This document shows, one piece after another, positions 22,949 to 32,263 of a DNA stretch of 64,000 nucleotides (positions within the stretch are counted from its first letter, which is position 1; each line of letters opens with the position of its first letter). Position numbers and translations under genes: made by a program. The notes below the pieces were generated by a model. That model was not told the DNA's origin, searched no databases, and worked only from the letters and a program-made list of their open reading frames with translations. The stretch spans positions 217,115-281,114 of the IMG/VR virus record IMGVR_UViG_3300036770_008729. One strand, given 5' to 3'.

Positions 22949-23128
22949 ATGGAACAGAATGATGAATTTGAATCGGCCAAAAAAGGCGTAAAGAAAACTA
23001 AGAGATTAGCAGTCAGTATTAGCTCAGAAACTTTTGACCGCCTCAAAGCCTATATAGAGGTGAATGGTTATGATACTTCTAAGTTAGTTGATAAGATATT
23101 GCAGAAGTTTTTAGATGTGAAGAAGTGA
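22949..23128 (+). CDS. Ribbon-helix-helix DNA-binding protein (59 aa, below track cutoff)
   Basis: KRLAVSISSETFDRLKAYIEVNGYDTSKLVDKILQKFL. Confidence 0.7.
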   Translation: MEQNDEFESAKKGVKKTKRLAVSISSETFDRLKAYIEVNGYDTSKLVDKILQKFLDVKK

Positions 23129-23143
23129 GACATAATGTGACAT

Positions 23144-23705
23144 CTAACTCTCTCTACTGATAATTATACTATTATGGCGTTGTATTATTAATTCACCACT
23201 CTCACTTTTAGAAGTAGATATCCAACTAGGAATATCAATAGTAGAGGTGGTATCATCTAATAAGGTAATAGTAATGGTTTTCGATGTGATTTCGAGTTTT
23301 TTGATATTGTCTAATTTTGGTGAGTTTCTCATTTGTTTAATATTTTATTTTGGTTTCTGAAGTGAGAGATATTCTCCAAAAAAAGGTTTTTACCATAATA
23401 CAAATATAGGTATTTTATATAAGAAATACAAAAATCCGCTACGTTTTTTTGTATTGTTAGAATTATAACATTGCATGTGGGCAACTTAATTTATAGCACC
23501 ATTCTTGTGCTTCTGAATAGTTTTTGCAGGGGATTAATTGGTGAGACTTTGCATTAACTACAAAATGTTCTTTATTAATTAGTATATGTGTATATCCAAC
23601 TACATCTTTCATAAGGTCAAATATAGTGAAAGGATCCCCATTGGGATGTAGGGTAATTTCAGCTTTAATATAATGACCGCTTTGAGGTGTGAGGAATTTT
23701 ATCAT
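23144..23705 (-). CDS. Two small hypothetical ORFs (23144-23332, 23463-23705)
   Basis: Each lies downstream of a copy of the promoter module. Confidence 0.5.
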
Positions 23706-23823
23706 AATACAAATATAGGTATTTTATATAAGAAATACAAAAATCCGCTACGTTTTTTTGTATTAATAGGCACAAAAAAAGGAGAAAGTTTAATTTCTCC
23801 TCACTCATTGTTTTTCATTGAAT

Positions 23824-24363
23824 TTAAAAATTCAATTTAGGTTTTAAAATTGTTCCACCTTTCTGATTAGACTTCCAATCAGATGCTGAGCTATGTGTCT
23901 TATCTTTTTGTTTATCAAAACCAAAAGAGGTATATGAACTTTTAGCAGTCATACCAATTTTCGCCAAGTGTTCGAATTTTTCTTGATCCATTTCACCCAC
24001 AGTAATTATAACAGCCTTTATAATGCTTTTAGTTTCTTCACCAAAGTCTTGGAGATTCCTGTTGATTCCATCTCTTCTATCTTGAAAGTATTGTCGAGCT
24101 TCTAAATATGGAGTTCTTTCATCAAGCTTCACATCATTTGATACTTCATTTGTAAATACAAGACAAGCTGCTAAAAACTTTTTTTGTGTTGATTTATCTT
24201 CAATTGACTTTTCAATAGTATTTAGTGGTTTACTCATCTGATTCGCAACTGCTGTTGTTGAAACACCACCTAAAAGTGCAATACTTGCTAGTAGATTATG
24301 ATACCAAGCTTCATTGATACTTTGATATTCATTATAATTTTTTACAAACTTCATCTTTTTCAT
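23824..24363 (-). CDS. N-terminal-tag protein with hydrophobic segment
   Basis: MKFVKNYNEYQSINE then LLASIALLGG; start reassigned. Confidence 0.6.
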   Translation of the reverse strand: MKKMKFVKNYNEYQSINEAWYHNLLASIALLGGVSTTAVANQMSKPLNTIEKSIEDKSTQKKFLAACLVFTNEVSNDVKLDERTPYLEARQYFQDRRDGINRNLQDFGEETKSIIKAVIITVGEMDQEKFEHLAKIGMTAKSSYTSFGFDKQKDKTHSSASDWKSNQKGGTILKPKLNF

Positions 24364-24477
24364 AATTACATTTATTTTTATGATGTATATATTAAAATGG
24401 AGGAGATATTTTTTTGTATTTAATAGGCACAAAAAAAGGAGAAAGTTTAATTTCTCCTAATTTGTTTATCATTCTAA

Positions 24478-24996
24478 TTAACTCTTTTTTGTTAACCATT
24501 CTTTGTTAATACGCTCACGTTCACGATTCACATAATAGCGTTTGGTATATATATACTTTTCTCTTAATGACTCAGGTACTTTTGAATATTCCACTTGAGT
24601 TTCAGGAAAAATTAATGAAGAATTTACTGATATTTCAGGTAAAGTTCTTAGCTGAGGTTTTACTAATTCTTTATTTACTTTTGATTCCCATTCACTATGA
24701 TACTCCGACATTACTGATTCTGGTTCCATATCTTCTCTATACATAACATATAATTTTAATCTATATGAACCCATTTGCATAGAATCAGATATTGCAAAAT
24801 TGACAGTTTTTTCATCATTAAGGTATAAATTTTCATTCTCATTTAAAGAATTAACAATATTAACTTTCCAACCATTTTTTTCTAAATGTAATTGTAAGCC
24901 TTCTATAAAATCTTTCATTTTATGATCAATGTGTTCAGAAGTCTTTTGTATAGATAACCAGTTTTCAAATAACTTAATATACTTTAGATTTTTCAT
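24478..24996 (-). CDS. N-terminal-tag family protein
   Basis: MKNLKYIKLFEN. Confidence 0.6.
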   Translation of the reverse strand: MKNLKYIKLFENWLSIQKTSEHIDHKMKDFIEGLQLHLEKNGWKVNIVNSLNENENLYLNDEKTVNFAISDSMQMGSYRLKLYVMYREDMEPESVMSEYHSEWESKVNKELVKPQLRTLPEISVNSSLIFPETQVEYSKVPESLREKYIYTKRYYVNRERERINKEWLTKKS

Positions 24997-25181
24997 AGTA
25001 ATAATTTTACTTTTTAGTATATATTAAAAAAATGAGATTTTTTATATAGGTATTTTATTTAAGAAATACTCACTTCGTGAGAGTGTCTTTAGACACTACA
25101 AAAATCCGCTACGTTTTTTTGTATTAATAGGCACAAAAAAAGGAGAAAGTTTAATTTCTCCCTTCATATTTTTATTATTTT

Positions 25182-26492
25182 TTATTGTTCATCTGATAGA
25201 GAGTAGTTGATTTCATCCAGAATTGAATCGGTTGGGAATTTTTCTCCTCTTTTATTATAAAAGAAACCATCTCTAAATTTTACCAATTCGGAATCATCAT
25301 TCATATTATCAGGTAATACACAATCATTCCATAATTCGATAATTTGATTAGGTGTAGTAGTTTTGCCAATTTCCACTCTTAATACTTCGAGTTCTTCTGG
25401 AATTTCAATTTGGGGTTCTTGCTCTGATTTAGCTCCTTGTTCTGCTTTTATACGAGCTTCTATTTCTTTGGCATGATCTTCTAAGTTCTTTGCTGAGGCA
25501 TCTGCCTTTCTAATAGGATTGCCTTTTTCGTCCTTAATTAGATTGCCGTCTTTATCTAAAAGAAAGTCTTCTTCATATTCTGGTAGCAACCCTAACTTTT
25601 TACGTTGTTCTAAATCTTTTTTATCTCTTTCTCTAATACCAGCAGCGGCTCTTTTATAAGTCTCTGGATTTAATTCTTCATTAACGAATGATTCAAATAA
25701 TTTTAGGTATTTCATATTATTTTTACTTTCAGCAACTGATTTTTCAGACTCATCAATTACTCTTTTAAGTTCAGCTGTATTATCAACACTAACAACTTCA
25801 TCAAATCCTTCTTTTGATAAAACATCTTTTATTTTTTCTTCATCAAAAGGAATGCCTTTATCATCTTGTAAGTCATATGATGTAAACATTCTATCAAATG
25901 CAGCAGGTGGTATAGTTTTAGATTTACCTTTAGCTTTCATTTCTTCTGATCTTTTAGCTGCCATTTTTTTGATAATTTCTTCAGCTCCTTTGAAGTTAAA
26001 AACAACTGCTACTTTATGATATTCGCCTTCAACACCTTCAATAACTTTAAGTGCTCCTTTTCTTGAACCAGAGTTCATATTGGTCATATCGACTACAATA
26101 TTTTCTTTTCCTTTACCTTCGGCAATTCTTTTGTTAAATATATCTTGAATTTTACCGTTAGCTTCTAAAACTCTATCATAAGAAAGTGGTGCCCAAGTCA
26201 TATAAGCTGGTGATTTAATAACGGTGCCATATTTTTCATTTTTATCACCTTCTTTTTCAACATCTTTAATGGGTAATGAGAAAAGGTCATCATATGTCCA
26301 ACCATACTCTGCATACTCTTCAGCAACTTTTTCGACAATATCATCTCTATTTATTACAAATGGTTGTATTTCACCAAATTTGGTTTTTATCCAAGTTGAT
26401 TTACCTACAGATGGAGGTCCAATAAGAACATATATTGTTTTATCTTTAACTTCTTCACCTTCAAATACTCTGAAATTTTTAATATTCCTCAT
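25182..26492 (-). CDS. P-loop kinase (AAA_33/PNK-like) fused in frame to a second tagged module
   Basis: GPPSVGKS, INRDD, VVDMTN; internal MKYLKLFES at 25715. Confidence 0.8.
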   Translation of the reverse strand: MRNIKNFRVFEGEEVKDKTIYVLIGPPSVGKSTWIKTKFGEIQPFVINRDDIVEKVAEEYAEYGWTYDDLFSLPIKDVEKEGDKNEKYGTVIKSPAYMTWAPLSYDRVLEANGKIQDIFNKRIAEGKGKENIVVDMTNMNSGSRKGALKVIEGVEGEYHKVAVVFNFKGAEEIIKKMAAKRSEEMKAKGKSKTIPPAAFDRMFTSYDLQDDKGIPFDEEKIKDVLSKEGFDEVVSVDNTAELKRVIDESEKSVAESKNNMKYLKLFESFVNEELNPETYKRAAAGIRERDKKDLEQRKKLGLLPEYEEDFLLDKDGNLIKDEKGNPIRKADASAKNLEDHAKEIEARIKAEQGAKSEQEPQIEIPEELEVLRVEIGKTTTPNQIIELWNDCVLPDNMNDDSELVKFRDGFFYNKRGEKFPTDSILDEINYSLSDEQ

Positions 26493-26583
26493 GCTATTAT
26501 ATTTCCTTTTTTATTTATAGTATATATTATAAATTGAGGAGATATTTTTAATAATCAGTTCAACGGTGTATTGGACTCTTTTG

Positions 26584-26696
26584 TAGTCAGGACAGGAATC
26601 GAACCTGCATGTGGGCCTTGTGTGTATTTCAACTATACTGCGGGTTTATCCACTCCGTTTAACTATTCGGTGCGTTTACCATTTCGCTACCTGACT
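26584..26696 (-). ncRNA. tRNA-shelled RNA copy 1
   Basis: AGTCAGG/CCTGACT acceptor, D arm, TTCGATT T loop, no canonical anticodon arm. Confidence 0.7.
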
Positions 26697-26700
26697 ATTT

Positions 26701-26778
26701 GAGGATGAGAAGCCCTCTGTGTTGGTAGTAACTCAACTATCTACATTTACTCATCTCCTTTCTCAAGGGAACAACACA
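26701..26778 (-). ncRNA. Repeated kissing-loop RNA, copy 1
   Basis: TGTGTTG/CAACACA helix; TGAGAA and TTCTCA complementary loops. Confidence 0.6.
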
Positions 26779-26862
26779 AAAAATTAGAGTTGTTTCGGGA
26801 GCTTCACCCGCCTTCGAATATACTTGTATCTCTCAGTTAAGAGTCAATACGAGCTTTTTACT

Positions 26863-27234
26863 TTACAACTCAAATAGTATATTATTTAATTTCATTTCTC
26901 TTATTTTTTCATTTAAGTAAGGTCTTTTAGAAAGCATTGACCATACTGGTCCATAATTGTTAATTAGTGGTTTTGTATGGATTGTGATATCAGATATATT
27001 TAATGTGTAGTCCATTTTTACATAGCCATATCTTTTATCTGCTTTTGCAACACCGGTAGATTCTACTCTGATAAATTCATCAGATATGTTAATAATGTTA
27101 TATTCCCACATATCACCAGCTTCTTCATATCCAGAGTCGTTAGGTATAAACAACCTAAATTGGACTATTGGATCATAAACAAATCCTAGACTGGCAAATA
27201 TATCAATCAGGTCTTTAAGTATTTTATTTTTCAT
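26863..27234 (-). CDS. Hypothetical protein with C-terminal tag
   Basis: IREMKLNNIL. Confidence 0.6.
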   Translation of the reverse strand: MKNKILKDLIDIFASLGFVYDPIVQFRLFIPNDSGYEEAGDMWEYNIINISDEFIRVESTGVAKADKRYGYVKMDYTLNISDITIHTKPLINNYGPVWSMLSKRPYLNEKIREMKLNNILFEL

Positions 27235-27343
27235 AAATTATTAAAACCAATATAAGCAATTATTATTACTAGTATCATAAGGATTAAACATCCATTATCT
27301 TCTGCACCAATTGGGTCGTTATCTAAATTATCATTCATAAATG

Positions 27344-27449
27344 TAGTCAGGACAGGACTCGAACCTATAATCTGAATAACCTATATCATCTTGATTTATT
27401 ACCAATGATATTTTGTATTCACGCTTTAACCCAATTTCGCCACCTGACT
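27344..27449 (-). ncRNA. tRNA-shelled RNA copy 2
   Basis: Same shell; one long hairpin TGAATA/TATTCA, ATATCAT/ATGATAT. Confidence 0.7.
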
Positions 27450-27455
27450 AATTAA

Positions 27456-27595
27456 AATATGAAGGCATATCGGTCGTTCCCAAGTTTGAATGATTAACCC
27501 CTGCCATACTCTTTGACTCGCTAAAGTCATACCATTTGAGATGTTAATCCTTGTCTGATTGGACTATACGTAACTCATCCACTCAGCTTCATATT
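27456..27595 (-). ncRNA. Stem-closed multibranch RNA (~140 nt)
   Basis: 9-bp terminal IR AATATGAAG/CTTCATATT; internal GATTAAC/GTTAATC, TGACT/AGTCA. Confidence 0.55.
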
Positions 27596-27598
27596 GTG

Positions 27599-27769
27599 TA
27601 GTCAGGACAGGACTTGAACCTGTATGTTTAGTTTTTACACTTTCACTTTTGATCAGATACTTGTGAAGGATGTTAATCAGACTTCGGTGAGATCAAATCA
27701 CCTACACATCTACTCTAAACTTAACCTACCCTTTAGGATTTTCACGTCTACTAATTCCGTCACCTGACT
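27599..27769 (-). ncRNA. tRNA-shelled RNA copy 3 (longest)
   Basis: Same shell; insert closed by GTTTAG/CTAAAC. Confidence 0.7.
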
Positions 27770-27775
27770 ATATTT

Positions 27776-27866
27776 GAGGATGAGAAGTCCTCTGTGTTGT
27801 AGAAGATTACACATCTATTCTTCTCTTTGCATTTCAGTTTCATTCCTTTCTCAAGGGAACAACACA
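27776..27866 (-). ncRNA. Repeated kissing-loop RNA, copy 2
   Basis: Conserved ends, variable middle relative to 26701-26778. Confidence 0.6.
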
Positions 27867-27874
27867 ATATTTTA

Positions 27875-28089
27875 TAAACAACTACCGCCTTCTAAGTTGG
27901 GTGTTTGTATAGGCCCAAACCCCTATACTCCATCCTTTACATAATTTTTCAATGTATCTATAAACACATTAACCTAAACCACCCACATCTTAGAAATGTG
28001 AGGTAACTCTTCCTACTCTGACATGATTAATAATGACCGTTGATAATCATTAATAGAGTCAATATTTAGTGTTAATCAGTAGTTGTTTA
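27875..28089 (-). ncRNA. Stem-closed RNA (~215 nt) with possible pseudoknot
   Basis: 11-bp terminal IR TAAACAACTAC/GTAGTTGTTTA; several internal helices. Confidence 0.6.
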
Positions 28090-28109
28090 ATATTTCAAAG
28101 AACTATTTG

Positions 28110-28231
28110 TAGTCAGGACAGGATTCGAACCTGTAAGGTAACATTCGGTTTCAAGACTCTCCTCTATACCGATCAGAGGATGTAGTTACCACTTTACTCG
28201 TCTAATGCGTCTACCATTCCGCCACCTGACT
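28110..28231 (-). ncRNA. tRNA-shelled RNA copy 4
   Basis: Leu-like D arm GCGGAATGGTAGACGC; insert closed by GGTAAC/GTTACC. Confidence 0.7.
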
Positions 28232-28236
28232 ATGAA

Positions 28237-28308
28237 ATACCGATGCCTTTACTTTCACGAGGACTTGCGTGTCTTCTTAACATTACTGTCTTAGGACCCC
28301 ATCGGTAT
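28237..28308 (-). ncRNA. Repeated conserved-core RNA, copy 1
   Basis: 9-bp closing helix; core shared with 40994-41064. Confidence 0.6.
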
Positions 28309-28312
28309 ATTA

Positions 28313-28539
28313 TGAATCAATCAAGAGCACTTATCTTTATGTTCAGAAGGTCATTCTCTATTCCACAAATTAATTTTACAGATGGTAGTACTTTTACAAA
28401 AACTTTTGCGTGTTTTATGCTCGGACTTATACACGTTATCAGCCATTAAAAAAGCAGGCCTATCGTAAACACTTACTCAAAGGATGGACATCAAGGAGCC
28501 TAATCCCCAATGAATTGGGTTTAACCAGTGATTGATTCA
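28313..28539 (-). ncRNA. Stem-closed RNA (~227 nt)
   Basis: 11-bp terminal IR TGAATCAATCA/TGATTGATTCA. Confidence 0.5.
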
Positions 28540-28560
28540 ATATATTCAAAGAACTATTTG

Positions 28561-28636
28561 TCGTTAGGGTAGGACTCGAACCTACAATCTTTCGGGATTT
28601 TCACCCGAACGCTCTATCAAATTGAGCCACCTAACT
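28561..28636 (-). tRNA. Atypical tRNA (Phe-like, enlarged anticodon arm)
   Basis: Cloverleaf; TTCGGG-TGAAAAT-CCCGAA arm; A1:G72 mismatch; D loop lacks GG. Confidence 0.55.
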
Positions 28637-28642
28637 ATAATA

Positions 28643-28674
28643 CAAAGATAATAATAATTTTTATTATGACCAAA
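28643..28674 (-). promoter_or_regulatory. Bacteroidota sigma-70-type promoter driving the ncRNA array
   Basis: TTTG-N20-TATCTTTG. Confidence 0.75.
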
Positions 28675-28725
28675 TTTATTCTGCTTTTAAACAATACAAA
28701 AAAACGTAGCGGATTTTTGTATTGT

Positions 28726-29526
28726 TTAAATTGGTAGATTTACTTTGGATAATATTTGGTTCGAAACATGAGTGTAAATTTCAGTAGTTTTTACATTTGA
28801 GTGACCTAATATTTTCTGAATTACTCTTAAATCAGTACCATTTTCCAATAGATTTGTTGCACAACTATGTCTCAATTGGTGAATGTGATATTTTTCACCC
28901 AAATATTTTTTAACAATTTGATTACAGCTACCAGAACTATATTGTAAACTATTTTGACCATTGAAAAGGTATTCTTTTGGTCTATATTCTTTAAAATATT
29001 CTCTAAGTAATTCTAATATTTTCTGGGATAGGGGTAAGACTCTATCTTTTCTACCTTTAGCATTTTTAATATGAATAATCATTCTTTTGGAATCGATATC
29101 TTCAATTTTAAGGTTAATTACTTCCGATACTCTTAATCCGACTGAATAAGTTAAAGATAATATCGTTTTATGTTTAAGATTAGTAATTTTAGATAATTGT
29201 TCTTTAATGTAATCACCATCAATAACCTGTGGTAACTTCTTCTCAGATTTGGGTCTTTTGAAACTAACCTTATCATATTTCTTATTAAGTCCGAATTTGT
29301 AGAGGAAACGGATTGCGTTAATAACCTGATTTTGTTGTGAAACAGAAGTAAAACTATAAGTATCTAAATATGATTGAAAATCATTAGATGTGAGTCTAGT
29401 TGGTGAAATTTTTATTGTAGCTAAAAATTGATTAATATAATGGAGATAGGATTTTATTGTCCTATCTGAGTAATTTAAATACTTCAATTTTTGATTACAA
29501 ATTTCGTAATAATCTGTTTTTTTCAT
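28726..29526 (-). CDS. Tyrosine recombinase (IntI/XerD-like, SAM-like N-terminus)
   Basis: GLRVSE, KGRKDR, HQLRH, LGH, IYTH. Confidence 0.95.
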   Translation of the reverse strand: MKKTDYYEICNQKLKYLNYSDRTIKSYLHYINQFLATIKISPTRLTSNDFQSYLDTYSFTSVSQQNQVINAIRFLYKFGLNKKYDKVSFKRPKSEKKLPQVIDGDYIKEQLSKITNLKHKTILSLTYSVGLRVSEVINLKIEDIDSKRMIIHIKNAKGRKDRVLPLSQKILELLREYFKEYRPKEYLFNGQNSLQYSSGSCNQIVKKYLGEKYHIHQLRHSCATNLLENGTDLRVIQKILGHSNVKTTEIYTHVSNQILSKVNLPI

Positions 29527-29585
29527 ATGTGAAATATATATGAAATAAGAAAAAAAGTTTAATTATAGATATAATCTAGTTAGTG

Positions 29586-29843
29586 TCAATATTGCCTATG
29601 CTTATTTACTACCTCTTTACCGCAGCTTTTACACGTCCACTTACCATACTGCTCGCCATTAACCCCAGTTCGGCTAACGCATTGGCAATACTTTTTGCTT
29701 CGCCCACTAACATCGTGTATGCGTAAGGCTGCTTCGTACCCTGCAATAAAATCTCGTACTTTTTGTTCGTACCATCCTGCATCGTCTATCTTATATCTGA
29801 AACTTTCAGCATATAATTCAGCTTGTTTTTTTATATCTTCCAT
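29586..29843 (-). CDS. Cassette gene, C-terminal zinc ribbon
   Basis: CQC...CKSC; starts inside attC-like site 1. Confidence 0.6.
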   Translation of the reverse strand: MEDIKKQAELYAESFRYKIDDAGWYEQKVRDFIAGYEAALRIHDVSGRSKKYCQCVSRTGVNGEQYGKWTCKSCGKEVVNKHRQY

Positions 29844-29892
29844 TCTAATTAAATTTATCGTTAATAAATCGCCCTACGCATACACGCAGCCG

Positions 29893-30168
29893 TTATACGC
29901 AATTATATAACACCCAATCGTGAATAAATTTTATTGAAGAATTAAAAGCATCAATCCAATCAGGATAACATCCACAATCTTCTTCTACCCATTCACCATT
30001 TTGCTTCCAATAAACATATCCACGCCAACATATGCCAACATCTTCCAGCTTATATCCATCAGCAAGAACTTCAATAAAAATTCCTTTATCTGAATAACTG
30101 CGTATAACAGCAGGTATATTCAATTGCGGTTTCTGTGCTTCATTCAAGTTTTGTTCTTCTATGCTCAT
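29893..30168 (-). CDS. Cassette gene, hypothetical
   Basis: Start reassigned to MSIEEQ inside site 2; stop supplied by GTTA box. Confidence 0.6.
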   Translation of the reverse strand: MSIEEQNLNEAQKPQLNIPAVIRSYSDKGIFIEVLADGYKLEDVGICWRGYVYWKQNGEWVEEDCGCYPDWIDAFNSSIKFIHDWVLYNCV

Positions 30169-30301
30169 TTGTTCTAAATTTAAGTTTTGTAATTTTAAGT
30201 CCGCAACTAAATATACCTGCAAAACGTTATGTGTAAGTGTTCCGTTCATCTTACTAATCAACATTTTGGTTGAAAATTTTAAAAGAAAAATCCCACACAC
30301 A

Positions 30302-31132
30302 TTAAATGATTTTAATATATTTTGGTGGTATATTATCATATGTGAAAAAACCACCCTTGAATCTCAAATCTTTATATAAAGATAATCCTTTGAAGTTTTC
30401 TATTCTTAAATTAACATATTCACCACCTTTATCACCAACTAACTCTTGTTTTATTGAAGACATCCATTCTTCATTAGGCGATAAATAAATTCTCTCAGGA
30501 TAAAAACTTCTAGTATTTTTTGTTTTTGGTATTAAACCATATTTCATTATCTTATCTAAATTTTTGGAGTCGGTTGTGTGATAAAGATATTCACCTTCAA
30601 AATTAACTTTGTCATCATAATTTGGTTCTATCATTATGGATATTCTATCACTAGATATTAAGGTTTTTTCTATATCATTTTTATCAGTTAGTTTTTCACC
30701 TGGTTTAAGATTTACGACAGATATAAAATATCCCATATTATCTATTAATGATATAAGACCAAGTGATAATTCCTTATTATTAAAATCTGTAAATATTGAT
30801 ATATCACCATAATTAAATTCACTTATTTGTTTTTCTAAATCCGAGATAGTCTTGTCTATATCAACCCCTCCTTTAATTAGACTTTTTGTTAATGAATCAT
30901 TTTTGTCTTTATAGCCTTTTAACATTCTATTCATCGTAAATTTATCGGTGATGATTTGATAATATGGTGAATTCACATCTTCGCCAAAATTAGATTTTTT
31001 ATTTAGACCATTTCCAATAAAGAAATTATCTAATTTTTTTATAACAATATCAAGTTTATCTGATTTTAGTGTTTCGTTAAGTAAATTAAATTTTCTAAAA
31101 CTGTTTATATATTTTCTCATTTCCTTACTCAT
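30302..31132 (-). CDS. Cassette gene with ADP-ribosyltransferase/Tpt1-like C-terminal domain
   Basis: YLYHTT...IMKYGLIP...RIYLS...IPPKYI. Confidence 0.55.
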   Translation of the reverse strand: MSKEMRKYINSFRKFNLLNETLKSDKLDIVIKKLDNFFIGNGLNKKSNFGEDVNSPYYQIITDKFTMNRMLKGYKDKNDSLTKSLIKGGVDIDKTISDLEKQISEFNYGDISIFTDFNNKELSLGLISLIDNMGYFISVVNLKPGEKLTDKNDIEKTLISSDRISIMIEPNYDDKVNFEGEYLYHTTDSKNLDKIMKYGLIPKTKNTRSFYPERIYLSPNEEWMSSIKQELVGDKGGEYVNLRIENFKGLSLYKDLRFKGGFFTYDNIPPKYIKII

Positions 31133-31306
31133 AGTATTTCTTTTATATATAAATATTGAGAATTAAAACTTCCACCCTTCTTTTTCTTTTAAAATTTTTG
31201 TTTAGTTCTCCGAATGAAATTTAGTAGTTAATAACCCACACCTACACATAACAAATGATAAACAACATTAAAACGATTGTTTATCATTAGTCGTTAGAAG
31301 CAATGC

Positions 31307-32211
31307 CTAATCAAGCGTTACTTCACTTTTATAAAGTCCGATGTTAAATCGGTATGTTTCGTTCTTTGAGAATGATACAAAAATACTTCCTCCGTATTGG
31401 TTTATATTTGTTGGTTCTCTGCCAAGCGATACATTTTTATAAGTTTCTGCTAAGTATTTTTGTACTTCCATAGGCACAGCTTCTAACAGCAAGTTAGCGT
31501 TATTGCCTATTTCGTTGGTATTCGATGTTTCATTTTTCATATTAAAATTTGTTTAAAATTGATACTGTATTATTTCAAATGTCGGCAACAAACGCCAACT
31601 TGCGAATCGTTATATGCAATTAAAAATGGGCAACGACCATCGTTTTGCATTTGGAAATTTCTTTTTATACATTGCTTTTACTCGAAGTTTTACGAGTTCT
31701 TTAATCTGCTCATCATTCATCCATTGGCTTGCTCTGTCATTCAGCCTTGTTTCTACAATTATGTCTGCTTCTTCGGATAGTAGGAATGGGTGTCCGTGTT
31801 TGAACTCGTAAAACCATCTTTTCAACTGCCAATTTTTAACAGCATATAACAAAGTATTGCCAATAGTGGCAGTTTGTGAGTTGTTTGAAGTTTGTTGCAT
31901 CTTATTTAGTTTATTGGTTAATCAAAATTTATCTCTTTTAATGCCACCATCGGCAATACTTGGCACGTTATAAAACAGTTTAATTATAGTATTTTACCAC
32001 ACTTACTGCACACATAACATTGTCCTTTTTCAATAGCATTATGGTTACAAACCGATTTTATAACATCGGCTTGTTGCAATTTTTTTACTAACTTATCCAG
32101 TTCACTATAAGCTAAGTGTTCCAGTTGAGTTTTGTCGTGTTCACCAAAGTAGTTTCTAATTAACTTTAGGTCTTTAATTTCCTGTTCTGTTATTTCAATT
32201 TCTATTTTCAT
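31307..32211 (-). CDS. Three cassette genes (31307-31540, 31610-31900, 31984-32211)
   Basis: Each starts inside its attC-like loop. Confidence 0.6.
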
Positions 32212-32263
32212 TATTATTTAGTGTTGCAAATCCGTAAAAAAACTGACAACAAGCCGCAAACAG

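Larger units (their letters stand above)
23394..25161 (-). repeat. Repeated terminator-palindrome-promoter module (copies ~23394-23456, 23703-23800, 24410-24457, 25044-25161)
   Basis: GGAGAAATTAAACTTTCTCC-T7; AATACAAAAAAACGTAGCGGATTTTTGTATT; TTTG-N20-TATATTTG-TATTATG. Confidence 0.85.

Noticed and set aside
26584-28231. CRISPR array (repeated GTAGTCAGGACAGGA...)
   Set aside because: Repeats are the two halves of tRNA-like shells with irregular spacing; no cas genes in the window.
28243-28449. 68-aa plus-strand ORF
   Set aside because: Antisense to structured RNA modules; no promoter or protein features.
28726-29526. Prophage integrase with attL/attR at the adjacent tRNA
   Set aside because: Both flanks are phage-like and the enzyme is better explained by the cassette array; not formally excluded.
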